Shown here one piece after another: positions 38,767 through 51,175 of a stretch of DNA of 64,000 nt. Position numbers and translations under genes: made by a program. This stretch comes from Antechinus flavipes. Its lineage: Eukaryota. The stretch spans positions 348,564,001 through 348,628,000 of the forward strand of contig NC_067401.1 of assembly GCF_016432865.1 (NCBI RefSeq), read 5' to 3'. The notes beneath the pieces were generated by a model. That model was not told the origin of the DNA and did not search any database. It saw nothing but the letters and a program-made list of their open reading frames with translations. Numbering within the stretch: the first letter of the stretch is position 1; every line of letters starts with the position of its first letter.

Positions 38767-41700
38767 GAAAAAAAAAAAAAATGACTCAAAGGAAAAAGAA
38801 ACACAAACCTTTTCAAAGAAGTCCAATCCAGAAAATGCTGACAGACCCAATGTTGGGTATAACAGAGGTGCCTGCATGGACCAGAAGACAACAGCAAACT
38901 GGAAAAGTCTATCAGGCCCCCTAGAGAGGCCACTGAACTGTAATTGTTATTGTTTATTTGGGTTTTAGTATCCTTTTTATTTTAAGAACAAAAGCAAAAT
39001 ATAGTGCTGGTGTTTGAGAGCAAAGGGCTGGAACCATTCAGTGTTATTTTGGAGAGTGTAGCTTTGGCTTGTGGAAATGGTTCTATTGTGTTTGCTGATG
39101 TAAAGCTAGTGGGGAAGGGGGAGGGCTGGGATATGGGGTGGGATGGGAGAACAGGACAATTATCCTTTTTGGATGGACTGCCTTGTATCATGTTATTCTT
39201 TTAAAAACAAGGAACATACATGTAATTTTTCATTCCCTCATTACATCTAACTTTTATTACTACCCCCAACATTGACAATGGTGTAAAAAGAAAAGCCAAA
39301 AAAAGAAAATTCAAACTCTCACAGAAAATACTTGAAAATTCAGATTCTATTCATTGACACCTGAGTAATGCAGGCACCTTTTTTGAGATGGATGGAACAA
39401 ACTGTGATTTCTAAATTCTAGGTTGTTACTGCCAAGAGAGTACTTGATTACTAACAGACATTTTGGTAATAATTCTATGTGAGAGAAATCTGCTTCTGAA
39501 AGTGTTCTGAGATAAATATAATTTGCTCTGTGATGAAATATGAAGAGGAAATGGACTGCAGTTTTCTAATGTTGTTAACAGTATTGTTTGTACATGTAAG
39601 TGAGAGGCCTGTTGAGTCTTGGTGTAGATGAAGTGGAAGGGCTGTACTGCTCTTTGAGTGATAATATGTTTAAGGTGAGTGATTTTAGGAGTTGCATAAT
39701 ATGGAAGTTTCTTTCCTAAAAGCAATGGCAATTGTTTGTCATAATTGACTGAAAGGAGGTGAAGAGGCTGAACTTAAGAGATCTAGTTATCCCCTCGCCC
39801 CGATTAATATGTTATGCTGGGAATACTTTTGAATAGGAGGGTTGGATTAGATGACTCCTGAGATCCCTCCCAACTCTGTCATTCTGGGATTCTGTAGTTA
39901 GAAGAGAGTGATTGATTGTTCTCTATAGTAAGTAGTTGTAACTCCTGTGAGAACCAACAACAGTCTCCTGGAAGGTAGGGCAGGGTTATGGAGACGATGT
40001 TACTGTATGATTTGTATTTATTTCCTCATCCTCCAGATTTGTCTCTTCACTGCTCTCTTTTAAAGAGAAAAATGTTCCTAAATATTTTTTTCTTTGAGAG
40101 TATGCTTTACTATTCTCTGCTACATATAAATTTTTTAATCCTTGAAGTGATTTTCCATTAGAATGGAAATTGTTAACTCATGTATTTATAAGGGCATATT
40201 AAGCAGGGTAGTAAAAGATATTAATTTCACCAAGTTTTGAAAGTTGTCCTGTTGTTCCCCGTGAATAAAGTTACTTATTTAATAGTATAGAGTATTTTGC
40301 AGAGGAATAAAGCCTTTACAAAAATCAACAACACTTTGAGAGCCTTAGGAATTGCTATCAACAACTTGCTTAAACTTTTTTCAATGGATTTCTATTCCAC
40401 TAGTTTGCTGCTATTAAGAAAGCTTTTACACCCACCCCGGGTTTCTTTGTACATTCACTTGAATGAAAGCTTCTAAAATGAAAGAAGGATAGAATGATGA
40501 CTATGTGAAGTACAAAACAGATCCATCACTAATGCTTCTTTTAAATATGATTTTGAATATCTAGGCATTCCTTTTGTACCACTGGTATAAATGTCATTTT
40601 TGGTCTTCCTCCTTTAACTCAAAATCAACATGGCTCTCCATAGCAGAGTGCTTCTTTTTTTTTTTTTTTTAATCACTTTCATTCTGTACCTCTTTCTACC
40701 ACCAAGTGGAAGAACGATTTCTTGGGCAATGTTTGGGCCCTGAAATCAAGATCTTAATTGATTTTTTCTGAATACACAAGTTTGATATTGCTAAACAGTG
40801 TTCCTGAGAACATACAAAATTTTACTTTTAACTTGTCTACTTGTTGAGGGTCTTGTATTTTGGGTTTTGTTTGAAGACAGACAAGTGGAAAATGTTATTT
40901 TAAAAAAAATTAAATAAATTCAAGACTTAAGCGTTTATTATTAAATTCCTGTTTGGTTTTATGAACACAATAAAACAGCATTTAGGCATAAAAATTAGAA
41001 CCAAAAACTGACTTATCCATTGCTCAGAGCAAGAGATTGTCAATAGCCATTCTCTTCAGGCCCTTAAAAAACATTGATATGATTTTAAGACATTATGAAA
41101 GTTACTGTTTGCCAGCCAAAACTGAGATAACATTTTATATTTAAACGTTAAAAACCAGTTTTTTGGTAGATAAGTTCTTCTAGGAAGAATTTAGCAATGT
41201 GTCCAGAATTATCTAATTCTTTTATACATTAGTTTTCTGTAGCCTGATGATGGCTTTTCAATGCTTATTTTTAGTTGTGCAATAATTGTTACAGCCTAGT
41301 TTTTTAAATAATTTAAATGCAAATTCTTATTGTCCTAGAGACAAATTATTTATCTTGCTTAATGGAATAAATGTTTTTAGGGATTATTTTATTACTATGT
41401 ACTAGTGAGTTATACCCACTTTCTTATTTATATAAAAAGAGCATCCTTGTAACTAATTATTTGATAGCAGTACATTTTGCTGCAAGAATTGCAGAATATG
41501 TATAGAAAGATTTTGTTTTTGCTGGACAATTTGCAACTTTTTATAATTTAAGGAAAGAAATGTTATTAATTAGGCAGTTAAAAAACAACAACAATATCTT
41601 TGAATAAGATCCATTAATACTATGGTCACCATGTGATGATGTAATTTACCTAGATGTTTTCCTTTTGTGCTGAATTTTCTTTTTAAATAAAAATAGAATT

Positions 41701-43088
41701 TTATGAGTGGGTAAAAATGAGGGAATGGGAATATCAGTAGGAAGAGAATTTTAAGTAATTTGCTTCAGATTTTTAAAAGCTCTGTTCAATTTTTGAAATA
41801 TGACATAAAAAGATAATATGTGGATTATGTAATAAAAGCCTTTCTAAATAAAGGTCAGTACACAAGAGAATTCTTTGGAATCTTTATGTCAGATAAGTAT
41901 GTAAATTATGTTTCAAAGATAATTAGCCTTTTAGCAAATTCTCAATCTGCTCCCCAAAAGACAAATATGTTCTCCCCAAATCACATTGTGCACTTTTTAG
42001 TGCTTCATTCTCATTTGGGACCTCTGCAGTTCAGTGTCTAGGTACCAAACAATATGCACCTAGCATTTCCCATTTGCTCTATGAAGTGTAGGAGCAGAAT
42101 AACCTGGTACCAAAATAGAGCATAAATTTATGTCTATAGTAGCTCAACCTAGGATGTTTTTAGATTAACAGTGATCCTTTTACTCATAAAAGAATTATAT
42201 TTATCAGAGACCTAATACTTTGTTGTTATGAAGTTTATATGTGTGTATATACAGTATGCATAATACATGTACACACATGTGAAAATTCCTAATGGAGCTC
42301 TAAATTAAAAAAAAAACTATTAGCATTATAAGAGAAAAATATAATGGAAGAAGGGGCATATATTTGACCTAGGAACCAATTTTGAGTTTATTTTACTCTA
42401 ACATTGTTAAAGAAAAATAAGATTTTCTGTGCAAACACACACACCTTAAATGTAGGCCATGATGATACTGAGAACACAATAAACATTTTTCTGAGTTTTG
42501 ATTGTATTATAAACCAAAATGTTTTTCAGGTTAATTCTTCTTGACTTAGACTATCCTACTGAATGAATTATAAGCAAAAACTTGTGTTATTGTTTTGTGA
42601 TGAGATGCAAAGAGCAGTAAACTGTGAGCCAATTTCTAATGGCTTCTGATGCTGGCTTTATTCCTTTTCTAGCTTGGCTTCTCTGGAGCTTAGTTTTTTC
42701 AGTGTAAAAAGAAGATAGATATCTTCTAGCTTTAACAGAATCTCTTGTTTCAAGTGGTACAGTTTTAAGGTTCTACTTAAGTGATTTGAAATACAGGTTT
42801 ATTCAAGAGAAATATTTTTCTTCAGGACTGTTAATGAGCTATCTATGGAATCCATCCATTTTGTTTTTAAGAAGTAATCCCTTTAAACAATTTGTCACTA
42901 GGAAAGAATTGATTTGAAATGTTGTTTCTTTTCTAAAAATTCTCCAGGACCTTGAACCAAAGAGGATGTCACAGGAGTCTCCTAATTGTCTCCTGTATAG
43001 CTAGCTTACTTTAACCCTGCCTGAAAGGCAGTTAAACCACCATTCCTTATTTGCCTCATTCCCATTGAAAAATAATGTGCTGTAGAAT

Positions 43089-43174
43089 GGGGGGGGGGGG
43101 AATACACACACACACACACACACACACACCACACACACACATATATATATATGTGTATATATATATATGTGTGT
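43089..43174. repeat. Compound microsatellite G12-(AC)n-(AT/GT)n in the putative 3' UTR
   Basis: Directly visible. Confidence 0.95.
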
Positions 43175-44195
43175 TTGCATGTATCTATCTCCAAGAAGAT
43201 CTGGAATTCCTGAAATGTTCTCTCCATTGTTACACTGGCTTATAAGGGGATTCTTTCCTCACACAGAAGCTTTGAAGAATGAAGTTTTTCATTTAGCTAT
43301 GTAAATGTTCATTAAAAGGCTAGTCAAAATAATTCTAATTTTTTTAATTGTAAGGAAAATTTTTTTCATATAACTAATAATATTTGAGTTCACAAAATTT
43401 CATAATAGCACACAGTTCATAACTTTGTCTCCATTATGTATTTGTGTCTCTGCTTTATAAAACTTTAAAGGTTTTCTTTTTCCAAAAATATATATGTACA
43501 TATATATGTGCATATATTTAAATTTTGTGTTCACTTTCAATTATATTTTCCCAAATTTTTTCTTGTAATTTCTGTTTGGGGGTGGGGTGGGGCTTTAAGA
43601 TCTTGTTGTTTGTTGTAGATAAAAATATATATAGTGTTGTGGAATAGCATGGGTATGCATTTGACTGAAAAAGGCACTATTGTTTACCAAAAGGGATATT
43701 CTTTGCATTTGTTTATAAATGCATTACTTTGGTACTGTAACTTTGTATATTATTTCTGAGTTTATTACAGCTGTTTTCATCTTCCTTCTTTTTTCTTTCA
43801 AATTAAGTGTGCAGTTATGAAGGTGCATAAGTCCCAAACAAAACAAGACCAGCATGCTATTTTCAGTCCTTCGGGAAACAGGACACCTGTGCTGTGTGCT
43901 CTTCATAATTATACAGCATTATATTTTAGTTGACTGCCTTGCTTTCTTTTACTTCCTGAACCAAGAGCTGTTCAGACCCTGCATTACATTGTGATAACTC
44001 ACCCTAATCTGCCTTTCCTTATGTATTTTGTGTATTAGATTGTGAAGGAGGATTATCCTAGAAAGTATTAATGGTTTCCATTTTAAAAGATGTGGTTTGT
44101 CTAAATTCTTTACTGTCTTTATTATTGAGATGGATCAATTGCCCTATTTTTTTTCCTTGATGATTGGAGTTGTAAGAGTTGTCCAGCTGTTGCTT

Positions 44196-44201
44196 AATAA
44201 A
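44196..44201 (+). terminator. Candidate distal polyadenylation signal of TULP4
   Basis: AATAAA in gttgcttAATAAAattttgcag, with U-rich sequence downstream and repeat-derived DNA resuming shortly after. Several more proximal AATAAA hexamers exist (e.g. 40264, 40306), so the assignment is uncertain. Confidence 0.5.
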
Positions 44202-47200
44202 ATTTTGCAGAATAGAAAAATTAATAACTATAAAATTGAAATGCTTTTTTAATGTCTTAAATCCTTTTTAAAATAGATCGTTTTCATTGAAATTTCTTGA
44301 ATGTCCCATAACTTGTACCTACTATATTTTATGAATTCATTCTAAAATATTTGGAAATATATATGCCATGGGACTTTAAAACCTTTGCCATTAGGATGCA
44401 AACTCTTAGAAGAAAAGAACCATGTTATGTTTGGGGTTTGGGTAGAAAGCTTTGGGGAAGGGAGGCTGGGAGGATAAAGATAAGATTCTCTGGTTTAAAG
44501 AGCACCTAATACTGCTGTTCTTAACCTTTATTGTTTCATCGATCCCTTTGACAGTTTGATGAAATATATGTATACTTCTCAGAATAACATTAAGAATCCT
44601 TGGTCAAACATAAATAACAAACATAAATAACAACAATACTTAAATTGGTACATTTTTGTAAATTTTCAGTTAATCAAAATCATTTATATTCTCTTTCTAA
44701 CTCAAACAATTATTAAAATCTATCTTCCCTATAATTCTTTTAGACTAATAATTTGATAACTATTAGTAGGACTGAAGTGATATATACATTTTCCAGAATC
44801 TGTTTATGTTTTAAAGATATTCCTATTTTGACCGTAAAGGACAAAATTAATCTTTATTTTAGGAAGCAGAGAGAATATAACCTATTGCTTCTTCTAATTG
44901 TACACAAATTTCTTTTGTGTGTAACACATACAACATGATCATTTACACCTCAGAAATAGACACTACAACCAAGGGATTTATTGTTGTTGATTGTCTGGAA
45001 CTAAGAAAATGATGGAAATGTTAATAAAATGTAGTTTAAATTTTAAAAATGCATCATTTACATTTTAGAGAGGAGGGCCAGTTGTTAAATATTTATACGC
45101 ATATGCCTGAATCATACTCCTTTGGGAGCACTGAAAGCTTACAGATTCCCAGTCTGAGCTGTGCTTTTCAGTCTGAAATAAGGCAATAATACCCCTAAGA
45201 AAGTAGCAACAGGACAAGTCCAGACCTTCCCTCCAGAAGTTTTGAGAGTCTGTTCCTAACATCAAGCCCATGTTGAAAAAATGAACATACAAAAACAGAA
45301 TTCCACCATGAAAAGCAATTTTTTAGTGTGACAGGGATACTCAAAGATACAAACCTAGAAAAGCTTAATTCTGAAACATTTACAAAAAATACAGTCTGAG
45401 CTCAAATTCAACTAGAATTCCTGTGAGAGATGAGGCCAGCTTTTTTTAAAGGTTTTATAAACTAAGAGTATTTTTTAAAAGATAAAGATGCATATATTGA
45501 TGCATTTGATGCATTTTCATTACAATACATAATTTAGAAGCAATTTAGAACCTACTTTAACAAAGAGACCTGTAAGTCCATCAGTAACAGTTACTATCTA
45601 TCAGTTATTTTCACTCCCTGTTTGTTACAATGACATCTTTTCATGTGTTCCCTGAATCAGGAAATTCTTCCACTAACTTCCTAGGGGCATTGTTTTCAAA
45701 ACATCAGTTGTGATTGTTACATTAATCATATTTCTTCCTTTTACTACCAGTGAGGGAGATTCATTATGCCCAACTTCTGGAATGAGGATTAGGAGTGTGA
45801 AAATTGATCTTGTTTTCTTCAGACACCTGCATGCTTCAGTATGGAGTTCCATATATGGGCATTGAAATCTCTCTTTAAATATCTTCAGAAATCATTAGTC
45901 TCCCCAAACTCTTCAGCCTATAAAATTTACATTTCCCTCCACACCATTCACTCATTTCTTTCTATTCCTTCAAGCATTTATTATTGGGTAAGTTAAAGAA
46001 CAAAATCATCTTCCTCCAGCAAACTTGAATGGCATTTTAAATAGAAATCCCTAACAAAACTAGATGATGTGGGAATAGAAATACACACAAGATGATGATA
46101 AAACTTTGTACCCTCTTATTCTCTGTAAGCCTACTGCCTGATTTCTAGGACTCCCTGATTTATTTTAGTCTCTTATTTACAACTAGATTTCTATACCAAT
46201 CAAAGGGGACAAGTTACGACATTCAATCAGTCAATTAAAGAGTATATTTTGGTATTTGTTATTGTACCCAGTTCTAGTATTTAGAAGAAATAGGAATTAT
46301 AGTTTCTAGCATAGTCAACCTCCTAGGTAAGCAAAGTAGATTTGATAAATGTGATTTGAAAAGCAGTGTCAAGAAGGCATTTGACTAAGCAAAGTATTGT
46401 ATGTGAGTTTGTATCACACACACACACTCTTTAGCTGCCTTCTGAAATCTCATCATTAGATTTTTTTAGGTTAAAAAGCATAAAGTGCAAATAGCCCATG
46501 AAGTATCAACTTATTGTACTATTAGGCATTCACAGTATATTGTGGATTAACTAAATATTTCTTATCAATATCTAGCTGAGATAATTATATTTAATGAATA
46601 AGGATTTTGATGGGTGAAGAAAAGAGAAAGATATCTTTAGTGCATGGGACACCCACTACCTAGGGAGAACAAGTGAGTGGAGGCCAGTAGTGGTGAGACT
46701 GTATAGATGGAAGTGGGAGCTAGGAGTTTACCATAGACAGACTAACTGCTTAATATTTTTTCTAGGTATCCTCTGTCCCTGCTTTCAAGGTGCTTTCACT
46801 GCTCTCAATATCTTTTGGATAATATCCACTCCATTCTCCATTTTCAATCCTCCTGAAGTGCAAATGCTCATGTTAATAATTCAAGTCTAAAAATTATAAC
46901 TCGAAACAATCAGAAATTAGAGGAAATTTAGCAAAAAAAGGAAAAAAAAACAATATAGGCTCTCTTATAATAAATAGGAACTTACTCTGAATACATTGGG
47001 AAGCAAGAAATAAAACATGAAGGCCACCATGAATAGCAAGAATAATGATACTGAGTGATGTGCATAATAAAATATCTTCTGATTGCTCAGTCTTTTCACC
47101 CACACTGCTCATCCAAATGGGAATCCATGAAGAACTTTAATTCAACTGTCTCCTTACTTTTTTCTGAAAGTGAAAACAAAAACATAGTATTTCAAAACTT

Positions 47201-48179
47201 GTTAATCATCCCAACGAAGACATTTGAAGATTTTTTTTTAATATTTAGAGATAAACTCTTAACATCATAGTTTTTAAAACTAGAACTCAATTCCCTCATT
47301 TAAAGACGGAAAATTAAGGTCCAAAGAAGTGCCTTTCAAAAAAGAAGATACCCAAGATCATAGAAGTAGTAAGGAGAATGATATCAGGATAGATCTGAAC
47401 TCAGGTTTTGTTTTCATTATGCTTTAAAATCATGGAACTTGAACCTTCGTGGCCATCTTGTCACCCAATATCATTTCACAGATGAGGAAATTAAGGCCTA
47501 GAGAGACAAAGCAATTCACCCAAAGTCACAGATAATAAAGGCAGATTTGAGATTTGAATCCAGATTCTCTGGCTCCTATACCCACTATCTTCCCACTACC
47601 CCATGCTTTACAAAATATCTCTATAAAGATGTATTTGTGTCTTTTGTAATTACAACAATTGTTTAAGGGTGGAACAATCTAGTAAAATGGTGCATCTTAT
47701 GCCTCTTTCCCCGTTTTCCCCATACGTCTGGATTTATAGGCAGCAACTGGGATATTTTGTTAAGAGATTCACTTCTAGATACTGTTTATTCTCCTTAGTA
47801 TTCTATTTTCCTTTACTATTCTTTATTTTAAAATCACAAGAATATTTTTAAAAGCCTCTCTGGGAAGGAAAGGGAGGGATGCAGGGATAAATTAGACGTT
47901 ATATAAAGCAAAGAATTAATACATGTTTTTTAATGATGATAATCATAAATTGAGGAGCAGGAATGGAAACGCTAATGAATGTAGGCTCCAAGGCCCCGTC
48001 CATGGTGCTGAAAGCTATAGGCAGTTTAAATAGCCTTCCCATCACATCAGGAAAAGGTCTTTCCCCCGAACTCTCCCCTCCTCCTTCTTGCCTTAGTTTC
48101 CCTAGTTTCTTCCTTTCTTTCAGCACGAGTAGTATTGGTGTCTATTGTTACTTTGTAAATGGTCTACTGATAATGAAAG

Positions 48180-48749
48180 AGGCAAAAATGAAATTGCGCC
48201 GGACTGATACTGATCCCTCGGACCCCCTCCTCTTCTCTGCAGATACAGCATCATCAACTGGCGCAGCCCCTCTCCCCTTCTCAGTCCGCCCCCTTTTTGG
48301 GACATCAGAGTCTTCCCCCTATTCTCCACCCAACCTTTGCTAGGACTACAGGTTTATCCAGAGGCGACGCTTTTAGTGTGAAGCTGGAACTAGAGAAAAA
48401 GGATGCTGGTCTTTTGAGTACAGATTCTCTTCTTTCTCCTCTGCCTTCCTCCCTTCCTCCATTACCTGCTCCTCCTCTTTCTCCTCCCCTTCAAGTCTTA
48501 ATTCCTCAGTGGAACTCCAGAGGCAAGAGAAATAAAGAGGGAAGGACAGAGGCAGGAAAAGAGAGGAAAAAGGAGGGCTTCCCAATCAACTGCACAGGCA
48601 AGAGGAGAGAAAGGCGGTTCCCACGGGGACTAAGCAGGGCAACTTGGTTGTGCCTGGCCAGGTTAGCGACTGGTAGGGTAAAGCTGGGCGAACCTAGAGG
48701 CAGAGAACACTAAGCGGAAGAGAAGGCGAAGGCGGAGACCTGGGGGAGG
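48180..48749 (+). promoter_or_regulatory. Probable TMEM181 promoter / 5' UTR region
   Basis: Local rise in GC and CpG content against an AT-rich background, with a GC box CCGCCCC at 48286-48292, directly upstream of the TMEM181 ATG. The TSS cannot be determined from sequence. Confidence 0.45.
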
Positions 48750-48880
48750 ATGGACGCGGATTACCCTGCCTTTGAGAAGCCTCTCTGCAGAGAGCTCAAG
48801 CACTTCTGCAAAAGGCTCGGTGAGGCGTACCAAGAGCTGAAGGAGGATCTCACTCCCTACAAAGATGATCGCTATTACAG
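48750..48880 (+). CDS. TMEM181: TMEM181 first coding exon (long N-terminal isoform)
   Basis: aggATGG Kozak context, donor GTAAAG at 48881. 131 nt, phase 2. MDADYPAFEKPLCRELKHFCKRLGEAYQELKEDLTPYKDDRYY(R) closely resembles the mammalian TMEM181 N-terminus I recall (MDAEYPAFEPPLC...KEDLTPFKDDRYYR). Synteny with TULP4 fits. The next exon was not found in the window. Confidence 0.88.
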
Positions 48881-50763
48881 GTAAAGCGAGCCTGAGGAGC
48901 TAGCGGCCCTTGGAGTGCCCTTCTCCGATGCCCCACCCGGCCCCAATACAAGAGCTTTTCTCTGCCTTGCCAGCTGCCACCATCAGGGAAACATGGAGAT
49001 GGGCTGAGGAAGGGGAGGGAGAGAGGCTGTCGGGCAGTTGCTGCTGCTGTTTGACAGTGCGATGTATAGAACACCGATAGACGTGCAAATGAGGTGTATC
49101 GAAAATCTAGTGGTTCTGTAGGGGTTGATGAAAGTCCCAACCTCTTTTCCGGGGGTGGGGGTGGGGGAATGGCTGGGCTCAGAAAGGAGAAACCATATTC
49201 TCCAATCCTTTGAGTTGCCAAGGCATGTCTGGGAATGAGAGCAGTTCTCTATCCTGATGTTAGACTTAGTCCTCGCCCATCTGGGATTCTCAGAATATTT
49301 CTGAGGCTGGAAGGTTTGATCTAGGAATCCTGCAGTCATTTCCCCCTCTCCCCCGTATTCTCTATGAAATAACAATTCTTCATTCTTGTGAAAAGTATGT
49401 GGGATGTCAGGGGTGCCTCCCTTGGACAATCTCTGTGGAGGGTCCCTAGCCACTTTCCCACCATCTTTTTCCTTCTGCTGTCAGTACCTGCTTCTCTTTC
49501 TCTCTGCCTTCCTATCACTTTTACTATCCTTGTTCCCTGCTTATGTCTTATTCTTGCTGCAGCCACCTATGAACACTGTTAGCCTGTGATAGGGTATATT
49601 TGAAGAGTGATTATTTTGGTTATCCTTGTGTTTTGTGTTTTGTCCTTATTTATTGATATCTTATTTAAGTTAATATCCAAGGTCAGAACTTGTAGAACAT
49701 TGCCATAAACTCTTAAGATTTCTCGGTTTAGTACTCCATCTTGTTATAATATAATCTACCATACAAATGCTTGAATATTTTTCTAGTACACCAGGCTGAT
49801 ATAGTGGAACAAAGCATCCTACTAGATACAAGAGCTTCATTCTAGTTCCAGATCTATGTGATTCTGATCAAAAATTTTATTAAGTGATAATAAAATCCTT
49901 TCCAAAATTCTCAGAATTTCAGAATTAGAAAAGACCTCACAGGCCGTCTAGTACAAACTACATCATCTTAACAAGATCCCCACTACAACAGACTTGAATA
50001 TTGGAGATCAGGCATTTACTCAAAGACCTCTAGAGAGGAGGAACTCTGACAGCAGTCCACGTCACTTTCAGAGACCTCAAATTAAGTTTTTCCTTATACC
50101 AAGTCTAAATTTGCTGGTCTGCAATTTTAACCATTTGCCCTAATTCTGCCTTCTGGGACAAGCAAAATAATTAGACACACCTTCAAATAGTTGATGTTTG
50201 TATCATGTTTCTCCTAAGTTTTTTTCCCACCAAGCTAAAACATCCTGTAATATTTTTATTGATCCTGATATGGCATGCACTTAACAATATTGAATAGTGT
50301 TCAATTGTGTCCAATTCTTCATGATCCCATTTGGGGTTTCTTTGATAATAATACTGGAATAGATTTTCATTTCCATCTCCAGCTCATTTTAGAGATGAGG
50401 ATACTGAGGCAAAGAGTGTTAAGTGACTTGTTCAGGATCTCAAAGTTAATGTGTGAATCCATATTTGAATTTATGTTTTCCTGACTCCAAGCTCAATGTT
50501 CTATCTGCGATGTCAACTAGTTGCTCAGAGAATTGAATCATACTCCCAGCCACTGAAGAATACTCCAAATATGTTTTGATCAGAACAGAGTACAGTGGCA
50601 CTATTAACTGCTAAATACTGAACATTGTGCTTTTCTTGATGCTCCCTAATATTATTTTAATATTCTTGTCTGCTTCATCACACTGTGGATTTATTTGATT
50701 ATGCAACCCATCATAACCTCTACATATGTTTCATATGATCTAATCATACTTACTTCTTGTACT

Positions 50764-51175
50764 TGTATTAGAGGGCTGAAACTCTGAAAAGGTGTACTTG
50801 AATCAGACAGCACAGCACTTAAGACTAATTATCTATTCCATATGAGATAATGGCTCCATAAGCATATACTTAGATGATATGGTAATGTGATGGCATTTTG
50901 GCATGATTGGCATTTGCTGAATGTGTAGTGGTGAGATAATCATAGGCAAGGATTGGAGGATTGAGGGAGAGAGGTCAGGGTCACTTGGCTGCAGGAGGCA
51001 GGCTAGGAGGAGAGAGGCTGGAAACTCCAGGCTCCAGAATACAGGATACATCTTTGGCAAGCCGAGTGGCAGCTTGCCTGCCTCCTTCATTTCTCTCCCT
51101 AAACACCAAGGACTTTGATTGATCCTGACTCTGACTGCTCCTGATGCCCTCCAGGGAGCTAGTTTGGACATTATA
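50764..51175 (+). mobile_element. Solo ERV LTR related to the 28082 LTR
   Basis: TGTATTAGAGGGC start; ...ccagggagctagtttggacattaTA end (compare ccagagagctaatctgcacattaCA). Possible 4-bp TSD TACT at 50760-50763 and 51176-51179. Confidence 0.7.

Larger units (their letters stand above)
38767..44225 (+). other. TULP4: Putative long TULP4 3' UTR (~5.4 kb)
   Basis: Follows the stop codon and is almost free of recognisable SINE/LINE, unlike the introns (one small CR1/L3-like tail near 39830-39900). Ends near an AATAAA. The end point is inferred; there are no transcript data here. Confidence 0.6.

Noticed and set aside
47963-48713. 126-aa and 138-aa plus-strand ORFs upstream of TMEM181
   Set aside because: Low-complexity products from GC- and pyrimidine-rich promoter DNA; the 138-aa ORF starts at TTG; no homology recognised.
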